DNA from: Macrostomum lignano
Lineage: Eukaryota
Length of the DNA stretch: 64,000 nucleotides
Direction of reading: 5' to 3'
Assembly (NCBI GenBank): GCA_002269645.1
Contig: NIVC01001331.1
Location: forward strand, 1-64,000
Positions within the stretch are counted from its first letter, which is position 1. Each line of letters begins with the position of its first letter. Positions 54,239 to 64,000 of the stretch are shown here, piece after piece. The notes beneath the pieces are model-generated. The model was not told where the DNA came from. It saw only the letters and a program-made list of their open reading frames with translations, and made no database searches. The position numbers were made by a program, and so were the translations under genes.

Positions 54239-54343
54239 GTTTACACCGCATTAGATCGTGTGTAAGCATGGTTTGATATGGAGTTTGTCTGTTGCATTTA
54301 AGTATTGCTTTTTTATGATGCCTTTGTACAACCGGCTGTTCTT

Positions 54344-55130
54344 ACAGATGCTGTAACTGGCACTCGCTACAATCACTACAGATGCTGTAACTGGCACTCG
54401 CTACAATCACTACAGGTGCTGTAACTGGCACTCGCTACAATCACCACAGGTGCTGTAACTGGCACTTATTGCAGGTATTACAGATGCTGTAACTGGAACT
54501 CATTGCAGGTATTACAGATGCTGCAACTGGAACTCATTGCAGGTATTACAGATGCTGTAGCTGGAACTCATTGCAGATGTTACAGATGCTGTAGCTGGAA
54601 CTCATTGCAGGTATTACAGATGCTGTAGCTGGAACTCATTGCAGGTATTACAGATGCTGTAACTGGAACTCATTGCATATATTACAGATGCTGTAACTGG
54701 AACTCATTGCAGATATTACAGATGCTGTAACTGGAACTCATTGCATATATTACAGATGCTGTAACTGGAACTCATTGCATATATTACAGGTGCTGTAACT
54801 GGCACTCGCTACAATCACTACAGGTGCTGTAACTGGCACTCGCTACAATCACTACAGGTGCTGTAACTGGCACTCGCTACAATCACTACAGGTGCTGTAA
54901 CTGGCACTCGCTACAATCACTACAGGTGCTGTAACTGGCACTCGCTACAATCACTAGAGGTGCTGTAACTGGCACTCGCTACAATCACTACAGGTGCTGT
55001 AACTGGCACTCGCTACAATCACTACAGGTGCTGTAACTGGCACTCGCTACAATCACTACAGGTGCTGTAACTGGCACTCGCTACAATCACTACAGGTGCT
55101 GTAACTGGCACTCGCTACAATCACTACAGG
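54344..55130. repeat. 34-bp minisatellite with two subtypes
   Basis: ACAGGTGCTGTAACTGGCACTCGCTACAATCACT at both ends and ACAGATGCTGTAACTGGAACTCATTGCAGGTATT in the middle. Confidence 0.95.
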
Positions 55131-56119
55131 TACTGCAGCTGCATGCAGCTCAAACAGGAGACGAGGCATTTCGAATTCTCGGCCCGGTTCGTCTCCTAAC
55201 CCCAATCTGCGGGCAGCAGCAGCAATAATGTATTCATTTTTCTTTAAGCTCTCTCCCCATTTTCTTTTTTCCAAGCCTGAAAGCTTTGAGTAAGGGGGGG
55301 GGGTTGTGTAGGGCAGCTTTCGGCCCGCCAGCTTTTTTCGATTTGTACATCCGTTTACGTCTGACCAGGGGGTTGCTATGATGGATAAAAACTAACCAAA
55401 TACATCATCGCCCATCCGTTTGGAATTAGCGATGTACTCTCCCGACTGATGAGGGAGTTGTGAGCAGTGTGGGAGAGAGAGAGAGGGCAACAAAGGCCTT
55501 TGATTGGTCAGCGCGGCTCCTAATCCTCTCTCCCTCTCTCTCTCCCCTATCCCTCCCTCGGTCTCTCCCGAACTGTCCCGTGTATTTAACCGCAATGGCG
55601 AGGATATAGGCAGGGAAGACAGGGGCTGGGCTGGGGGGGTTGAGAGATGGAGAATAAACTACAGGGGCAGACTTTGTTGCTATGACTGATGAACTGAGAG
55701 GCGGACAGGAGGGCTTGAAGGGAGGGCAGAGGGGAAGGCAGACAGCTGGGCTCAGCAAATCTCGCTGAGACGATGGCGGAGTGGGTTAGGAAGGAGAGCC
55801 GAAGGCGAGCAGGGCAGAGGCAAGCAGGGGGGTGTCAGCATAGGGATAAGGACAGGGCAGGCAGCTGCGGAGCCCTGGCTGCGTTCGGTCTCTCTCTCTC
55901 TCTCTCTCTCGCTGTCGCTAAGAGCCAGGGGTGACCGGTGTCAAGCAGAAACAGGAGCAGCTTCTTTGAGCTAGAAGCAGCAGACGAAGATCTGTGCGCG
56001 GTGCCACGTGGTGACGCAGGTAGCTGAGAGCGGAGTTTGAGTTGGCTACTCAGGTGAGGCATGCTTGTGCTCAGGACTCTAAGCCTTGGGCTAGACCAGG
56101 AATTCTTATTTTGACGGGT

Positions 56120-56635
56120 TGCCATTTTGTTTTTATGGAGTGCCATTTGTTGACGGGGTGCCATTTGTTGAGGCTATGCCATTTGTTGAGGGAATGCCAT
56201 TTGTTGAGAGAATGCCATTTGTTGAGAGAATGCCATTTGTTGAGGGAATGCCAGTTGTTGAGGGAATGCCAGTTGTTGAGGGAATGCCATTTGTTGGAGG
56301 AATGCCAGTTGTTGATGCAATGCCATTTGTTGAGGCAATGCCATTTGTTGAGGCAATGCCAGTTGTTGAGGGAATGCCATTTGTTGAGGGAATGCCAGTT
56401 GTTGAGGGAATGCCATTTGTTGAGGCAATGCCATTTGTTGAGGGAATGCCAGTTGTTGAGGGATTGCCAGTTGTTGAGGGAATGCCTGTTGTTGAGGGAT
56501 TGCCAGTTGTTGAGGGAATGCCAGTTGTTGAGGGAATGCCATTTGTTGAGGGAATGCCAGTTGTTGAGGGAATGCCATTTGTTCAAGGGGTGCCATTTTA
56601 TTTGAGGGGTCGCCATTTGTTGAAGGGGTGTCATT
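56120..56635. repeat. 18-bp minisatellite (TGCCATTTGTTGAGGGAA)n
   Basis: About 28 copies. Confidence 0.95.
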
Positions 56636-56922
56636 TTTAATTTATCTGGGGGAAGGAAGCCAAAGCTGCTTTAGGGAAGGAGCCCTACGAGCTATAAATT
56701 TTTTACTTGGGGGAGAGGGCCATCCATCTTCTCCAAAAAATGAATCCAGACAAAATGAATCTCCGTAGATGATGCTGGAACGAGGCTGAGCTCATCTTCT
56801 CTCATTTTTTCATCATTTTGGTACCCGAGAGCGCTGCTCAAATCGGCTCAACATCGTCCCATTCCTACCTTCCAGGTGCCAATTATAATTATTTTGAACA
56901 ACTGAACTGCTACTCGGCAGCA

Positions 56923-56995
56923 ATGCAACTCGCCGGCTGTCTGTCTCTGACGGTCCTGGCCGCTGCCCTGCTGCTGGTCCAGGCTGACCGGTCCA
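56923..56995 (+). CDS. Secreted precursor (candidate neuropeptide prohormone), signal-peptide exon
   Basis: MQLAGCLSLTVLAAALLLVQADRS. Upstream acceptor CTTCCAG at 56875. Donor A|GTGAGT at 56996, phase 1. Confidence 0.75.
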
Positions 56996-57002
56996 GTGAG
57001 TT

Positions 57003-57225
57003 GGGGATGGGGACAGGGGTTTTGACAGGGGTGGGGACAGGGGTGGGGACAGGGGTGGGGACAGGGGTGGGGACAGGGGTTGGGACAGGGGTGGGGACAG
57101 GTGTGGGGACAGGGGTGGGGAGAGGGGGAGGGCCGGAGTGGGAACAGGGGGAGGACAGGGTTGGGCATAGGGGGAGGGACAGGGGTGGAGACAGGGGTAG
57201 GACAGGAGTGGGGACAGGGGATGGG
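57003..57225. repeat. G-rich 12-bp repeat (ACAGGGGTGGGG)n
   Basis: About 9 near-perfect units followed by degenerate copies. Confidence 0.9.
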
Positions 57226-57711
57226 CTTACGTAAGTGAGTTGAAAAAAGTGTAGCCCCAGTTTTGTTAGAATTTTCATAGACTAAACCCGCAAGTGCTCG
57301 TAAGAATGTAAATACTGTACCTATAATTTTTATCCCCTCGTTACCAGGCTGCGCTTTTCACAGAGAAGTTTTCTTAATAAGTTCAGTGAGGAAAATTTTC
57401 CTCCCCAAACAAGGGCAGGAAAGTAATGTTTACGGTGGAAAGCAGCCGTTTGCACTTCTAAATTGCCTGCTTTGCCTGGATCTGAGGAGGGGGCGGGCGG
57501 TCGATAGCGCTTCGCTCCCAGCTAATTAGTTCTCTTTGAGGTTTCGCCAAAAGCATTAACGCGCCTCCAGCTCGTAATACCAGCATTTAGCGGTTCGTGA
57601 GGGAACACCGAGGAAGCCTTGAAATAAGTTAAATGCGGGATCTGCAGTTGATGAGATCGTTGTTGACTTAAAAATCAGGACATGCAGGGTTTCTGCTCTG
57701 GTCTGCTTTGA

Positions 57712-59085
57712 TCATTGATCATTGATTGATCATGACTCACTGCTCATTGATTGATCATGACTCACTGCTCATTGATTGATCATGACTCACTGCTCATTGA
57801 TTGATTGATCATGTCACACTGCTCATTGATCATGTCAAATTGCTCATTGATCATGTCAAATTGCTCATTGATCATGTCACACTGCTCATTGATTGATCAT
57901 GACTCACTGCTCATTGATTGATCATGTCACACTGCTCATTGATTGATTAATCATGTCACACTGCTCATTGATTGATCATGACTCACTGCTCATTGATTGA
58001 TCATGTCACACTGCTCATTGATTGATCATGTCACACTGCTCATTGATTGATCATGTCACACTGCTCATTGATCATGTCAAATTGCTCATTGATCATGTCA
58101 AATTGCTCATTGATCATGTCAAATTGCTCATTGATCATGTCACACTGCTCATTGATTGATTGATCATGTCAAATTGCTCATTGATCATGTCAAATTGCTC
58201 ATTGATTATGTCAAATTGCTCATTGATCATGTCACACTGCTCATTGATCATGTCAAATTGCTCATTGATCATGTCAAATTGCTCATTGATCATGTCACAC
58301 TGCTCATTGATCATGTCACACTGCTCATTGATTGATCATGACTCACTGCTCATTGATTGATTGATCATCTCACACTGCTCATTGATTGATCATGACTCCC
58401 TGCTCATTGATTGATCATGTCACACTGCTCATTGATTGATTAATCATGTCACACTGCTCATTGATTGATCATGACTCACTGCTCATTGATTGATCATGAC
58501 TCACTGCTCATTGATTGATCATGTCACACTGCTCATTGATTGATCATGTCAAATTGCTCATTGATCATGTCAAATTGCTCATTGATCATGTCAAATTGCT
58601 CATTGATCATGTCACACTGCTCATTGATCATGTCAAATTGCTCATTGATCATGTCACACTGCTCATTGATCATGTCAAATTGCTCATTGATCATGTCACA
58701 CTGCTCATTGATCATGTCAAATTGCTCATTGATCATGTCACACTGCTCATTGATCATGTCAAATTGCTCATTGATCATGTCACACTGCTCATTGATCATG
58801 TCAAATTGCTCATTGATCATGTCACACTGCTCATTGATCATGTCAAATTGCTCATTGATCATGTCGCACTGCTCATTGATCATGTCAAATTGCTCATTGA
58901 TCATGTCACACTGCTCATTGATCATGTCAAATTGCTCATTGATCATGTCAAATTGCTCATTGATCATGTCAAATTGCTCATTGATCATGTCGCACTGCTC
59001 ATTGATCATGTCAAATTGCTCATTGATCATGTCACACTGCTCATTGATCATGTCAAATTGCTCATTGATCATGTCGCACTGCTCA
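57712..59085. repeat. 21-bp minisatellite, partly alternating (42-bp)
   Basis: ATTGATCATGTCAAATTGCTC and ATTGATCATGTCACACTGCTC units. Confidence 0.95.
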
Positions 59086-59269
59086 TTTTCTTCTCCCAGC
59101 AAATTAATGACTTATGGGCATAGCTTTTTAAAAATAAAACCTTACTGAACCCTCGCATGAACTATAGAAACTATGATGATGGGCTGGGGTAACCCAATAC
59201 ACTTCACGAATAAAATTAAAAGTACATCACAAACTGACATCTGCTCCGATCGCTAACATGAATGCGCAG

Positions 59270-59638
59270 GCAGTCTGGAGGACGAGCTGGAGTCCAGCCT
59301 GTCAAAGCCCGAGCTGTCTGGCGAGCAGCAGCTCAAGGCTGCGGCGGCCGCGGCTGCAGCGGCGAAGGCTTCTGGAAGCAAGACTGCACAGCAGAACCGG
59401 GATGAAAAGCAGGAGCTGGCAAAGCACCACGAAGCGGCGATGCAGCACGCCAAGCAGCAGCAGCAGCCGAAGGAGCGATACGAGACTGGGCCAAGCCGTC
59501 AGGACCTGAAGGAGATGTTCCACCACCTGCTGGAGTCCATGACAGAGGCCGAGAGGAAGTCTCTGACTCTCCGTCTGGGCAAGGCGAGCGTTAAGCGGAC
59601 TTTCAGCCAGATGAAGGACGAAGTCCGGGCCATGCCGG
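59270..59638 (+). CDS. Secreted precursor, exon 2
   Basis: Acceptor GCGCAG|GC, phase 1. GC3-rich frame SSLEDELESSLSKPEL...KSLTLRLGKASVKRTFSQMKDEVRAMP. Donor G|GTAAGC at 59639. Confidence 0.75.
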
Positions 59639-59659
59639 GTAAGCTTTCGGGGATCATGT

Positions 59660-60750
59660 TTTGGGAGAGAGGGAGTCTGGGAGAGCGGGAGTCTAGGAGA
59701 GCGGCAGTCTGGGAGAGCGGCAGTCTGGGGAGAGAGTCTGGGAGATCGGGAGTTTGGGAGAACGGGAGTCTGGGATATCGGGAGTCTGGGAGAGTGAGAG
59801 TCTGGGAGAGCGAGAGTCTGGGAGATCGGGAGTCTGGGAGAGTGAGAGTCTGGGAGAGTGAGAGTCTCGGAGAGTGAGAATCTCGGAGAGTGAGAGTTGG
59901 CGAGAGTGAGATTCTGGGAGAGTGGGATTCTGGGATGAGATTCTCGGAGAGTGGGAGTCTGAGGGGGTGAGAGTCTCGGAGAGTGGGAGACTGGGGGTGA
60001 GAGTCTGGGAGAGTGAGAGTCTGGGAGAGTGAGAGTCTCGGAGAGTGAGAGTCTCGGAGAGTGAGAGTCTCGGAGAGTGAGAGTCTCGGAGAGTGAGAGT
60101 CTCGGAGAGTGAGAGTCTCGGAGAGTGAGTCTGGGAAAGTGAGAGTCTGGGAGAGTGGGATTCTGGGGTGAGATTCTCGGAGATTGGGAGTCTGAGGGGG
60201 TGAGAGTCTCGGAGAGTGGGAGTCTGGGGGGTGAGAGTCTCGGAGAGTGGGAGTCTGGGGGTGAGAGTCTCGGGGAGTGGGAGTCTGGAGGGTGAGAATC
60301 TCGGAGAGTGAGAGTCTGGAGGGTGAGAATCTCGGAGAGTGAGAGTCTGGAGGGTGAGAATCTCGGAGAGTGGGAGTCTGGAGGGTGAGAATCTCGGAGA
60401 GTGGGAGTCTGGAGGGTGAGAATCTCGGGGAGTGAGAGTCTGGAGGGTGAGAATCTCGGAGAGTGAGAGTCTGGAGAGTGAGAATCTCGGAGAGTGAGAG
60501 TCTGGAGGGTGAGAATCTCGGAGAGTGGGAGTCTGGAGGGTGAGAATCTCGGAGAGTGAGAGTCTGGAGGGTGAGAATCTCGGAGAGTGGGAGTCTGGGG
60601 GGTGAGAATCTCGGAGAGTGGGAGTCTGGAGGGTGAGAATCTCGGAGAGTGAGAGTCTGGAGGGTGAGAATCTCGGAGAGTGGGAGTCTGGGGGGTGAGA
60701 ATCTCGGAGAGTGGGAGTCTGGGGGGTGAGAGTCTCGGAGGTGGGAGTGA
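59660..60750. repeat. Purine-rich compound minisatellite (12-bp GAGAGTCTCGGA and ~31-bp units)
   Basis: Direct inspection. Confidence 0.9.
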
Positions 60751-61160
60751 GACATCCATACGTAGGAATACGTAGGCAGAGGAATTGCTCAAATCTGAGT
60801 ATCCAGGGCTAAATTCATGTCTAACGATCTGTCCTTTTGTGTGCCGACCAGTTTACGATAAATAGTACAGAATATTGGGCTGTGGACGCAAATTAATAAG
60901 TGTAAAAACAAATGTACTTAAAGGCAGGAGCTTGTACACAAAGATGAAATCGCTGTGTCAAATGTGGAAAGGGACCGAAACTGGCCATTTCGGATCATCC
61001 CCAATCCTGTTTGCTACTCTGCTTTGCTCCCACTTCTCTCTTCCCTTTCAATCCATCGCTCCCCACTGCCTGGATGCCACTGAAATCCTGAGTTGAGCGT
61101 CGTGGGCTTCCTGTTCCTGGCCTGTCCCATCTCCTTCCTGTTTCCTCTTTCTCATTGCAG

Positions 61161-61177
61161 AGCTGATTGATGCTTAA
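61161..61177 (+). CDS. Secreted precursor, putative terminal exon (E-L-I-D-A-stop)
   Basis: Long pyrimidine tract followed by TTGCAG|AG CTG ATT GAT GCT TAA. Phase 1 completes MP-ELIDA. Precursor is 152 aa. Confidence 0.55.
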
Positions 61178-61180
61178 GCT

Positions 61181-62078
61181 TAAGCCATGGAGTGCTAGAG
61201 ACAGAAACTGGAGAGGTGAAGTGCGGGATTAAGCCATGGATTGCTAGAGACAGAAACTGGAGAGGTGAAGTGCGGGATTAAGCCATGGGTTGCTAGAGAC
61301 AGAAACTGGAGAGGTGAACTGCGGGCTTAAGCCATGGAGTTCTAGAGACAGTAACTGGAGAGGTGAAGTGCAGGATTAAGCCACGGAGTTCTAGGGACAG
61401 AAACTGGAGAGGTGAACTGCAGGATTAAGCCACGGAGTTCTAGAGACAGAAACTGGAGAGGTGAACTGCAGGATTAAGCCATGGAGTTCTAGAGACAGAA
61501 ACTGGAGAGGTGAACTGCAGGATTAAGCCACGGAGTTCTAGAGACAGAAACTGGAGAGGTGAACTGCAGGATTAAGCCACGGAGTTCTAGAGACAGAAAC
61601 TGGAGAGGTGAACTGCAGGATTAAGCCATGGAGTTCTAGAGACAGAAACTGGATAGGTGAAGTGCAGGATTAAGCCGCGGAGTTCTAGAGACAGAAACTG
61701 GAGAGGTGAACTGCAGGATTAAGCCATGGAGTTCTAGAGACAGAAACTGGAGAGGTGAACTGCAGGATTAAGCCATGGAGTTCTAGAGACAGAAACTGGA
61801 TAGGTGAAGTGCAGGATTAAGCCGCGGAGTTCTAGAGACAGAAACTGGATAGGTGAAGTGCAGGATTAAGCCACGGAGTTCTAGAGACAGAAACTGGGGA
61901 GGTGAACTGCAGGATGTAGCCGCGGAGTTCTAGAGACAGAAACTGGAGAGGTGAACTGCAGGATGTAGCCGCGGAGTTCTAGAGACAGAAACTGGGGAGG
62001 TGAACTGCAGGATGTAGCCGCGGAGTTCTAGAGACAGAAACTGGAGAGGTGAACTGCAGGATGTAGCCGCGGAGTTCT
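61181..62078. repeat. 49-bp minisatellite
   Basis: AAGCCATGGAGTTCTAGAGACAGAAACTGGAGAGGTGAACTGCAGGATT, ~18 copies. Confidence 0.95.
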
Positions 62079-62451
62079 AACACCCAAAGTATGGAGGGAA
62101 TTCAGCCCAAATCCTTTTAATTTTTACAACTGCAGCAGAATTCCGGGAGCGCAAAATGTGGGGGATTCATGAAGTCGGGAAAACTGAGGGGCTGCCGGAA
62201 AAGCCGTGATCGAGCTCCAGATGGCGGTGAATTTGATGGGGCATCTTTTTTCATCCAGGGCTGCCCATCTGCTCCAGTGTTGCCGCATTTATTTGCATTT
62301 GTGCGCCCCCCCCCCCTATACCTCATGTGTCTGGCCTGAGTTGGGAAGAGATGCTGGGAGAGAAATGTGTGCAATTGTGACAGATGAAGATGCAGAACTC
62401 CTCTTATCTGGCTTAGTAAGATTTTCTGTTGGTTTAGTATTAGTGGAGTGA

Positions 62452-63090
62452 GAGTGTGACATTCTGTAATAAAGAGTGACATTCTGTAATAAAGAGTGAC
62501 ATTCTGTAATAAAGAGTGACATTCTGTAATAAAGAGTGACATTCTGTAATAAAGAGTGACATTCTGTAATAAAGTGTGACATTCTGTAATAAAGAGTGAC
62601 ATTCTGTAATAAAGAGTGACATTCTGTAATAAAGAGTGACATTCTGTAATAAAGAGTGACATTCCGTAATAAAGAGTGACATTCTGTAATAAAGAGTGAC
62701 ATTCTGTAATAAAGAGTGACATTCTGTAATAAAGAGTGACATTCTGTAATAAAGAGTGACATTCTGTAATAAAGTGTGACATTCTGTAATAAAGAGTGAC
62801 ATTCTGTAAAAAAGAGTGACATTCCGTAATAAAGAGTGACATTCCGTAATAAAGAGTGACATTCTGTAATAAAGAGTGACATTCTGTAATAAAGAGTGAC
62901 ATTCTGTAATAAAGAGTGACATTCTGTAATAAAGAGTGACATTCTGTAATAAAGTGTGACATTCTGTAATAAAGAGTGACATTCCGTAATAAAGAGTGAC
63001 ATTCTGTAATAAAGTGTGACATTCTGTAATAAAGAGTGACATTCTGTAATAGAGTGACATTGTACGAGTAATACATTGTACGAGTGACAT
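62452..63090. repeat. 20-bp minisatellite (ATTCTGTAATAAAGAGTGAC)n
   Basis: About 30 nearly identical copies. Confidence 0.97.
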
Positions 63091-63624
63091 TCTATAAAAG
63101 CAAAGAGAGCCAGTGCCATTCTGCAGATGAAGAACATTATTTTGTAAAGAGATGCTTCATCTTTTTGAGGCGATTCTCCCGAGCATAAGTGCAGGAAGTA
63201 CAGTAACTAAACCCCTTTGTCAGTTTTCTAGACAATAAAAATGAAATATCCCTAACCAGGGTAGCAACCTGTCAGCTGCACGCTTGAACAGGTTTCTCTC
63301 CTCTCAGTTGACTGAAAGTAAAAACCCTGCTCAAATGCCTCTAGGAGCAGGTTAGGATTTTTCAAAACAAGCCATTTTCATCATGCGGCATTTTGACAAT
63401 CCGACCCTGACGTTTTTAGTAGCTCAAAGCTGCTCGACTGTCACGTAAATTGCAAAGCCTCGCTTCACAGCGCTCTGTCTGACTGTGATTCCAACATATC
63501 GCCTTTCATAGAACAGCGGCTTGGCCGTGGAAATCCCTTTGAAAGTTGAGCTGAGACTGCGTGCAGATGCCTGTCTGGCTGGGGCTGGGCTGATGTCGGC
63601 TGGGGCATCGCTCTGCCTGCATCT

Positions 63625-64000
63625 CTGTCTCCCTCTGTCTCCCTCTCTGTCTCTCTCTCTCTGTCTCCCTCTGTCTCCCTCTGTCTCCCTCTCTGTCCCC
63701 CTCTCTGTCTCCCTCTCTGTCTCCCTCTCTGTCTCCCTCTCTGTCTCTCTCTCTGTCTCCCTCTGTCTCCCTCTCTGTCTCTCTCTCTGTCTCCCTCTGT
63801 CTCCCTCTGTCTCCCTCTGTCTCCCTCTGTCTCCCTCTGTCTCCCTCTGTCTCCCTCTCTGTCTCTCTCTCTCTGTCTCCCTCTGTCTCCCTCTCTGTCT
63901 CTCTCTCTGTCTCCCTCTGTCTCCCTCTGTCTCCCTCTGTCTCCCTCTGTCTCCCTCTGTCTCCCTCTGTCTCCCTCTGTCTCCCTCTGTCTCCCTCTGT
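63625..64000. repeat. 10-12-bp pyrimidine repeat (CTGTCTCCCT)n, truncated by window end
   Basis: Direct inspection. Confidence 0.95.

Overview
Eukaryotic (metazoan) genomic DNA. GC-rich exons are separated by introns and spacers filled with about 35 different mini- and microsatellite arrays. That architecture suggests a repeat-rich invertebrate such as the flatworm Macrostomum (inference only). Seven spliced gene models were built by hand from GT-AG sites with phase checks: SF3A3/Prp9 (3 exons, +), three unrelated rhodopsin-class GPCRs (+,+,-), a Disabled-like PTB adaptor (4 exons, +), an intronless divergent PPP/PP1-like phosphatase (-), and a small secreted precursor (3 coding exons, +). 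The precursor's C-terminal 18-mer after a KR site resembles PDF/cerebrin neuropeptides. Mobile DNA includes two copies of a 3.1-3.3 kb non-autonomous Helitron-like element (one carries a nested MITE, and the other copy shows the empty site), two tRNA-headed CORE-like SINEs, a Penelope-like relic, and CACAG-terminal TIR elements. Most long ORFs in the supplied track are artefacts of repeat arrays. All alignments were done by eye and motif comparisons are from memory; no database search was run.
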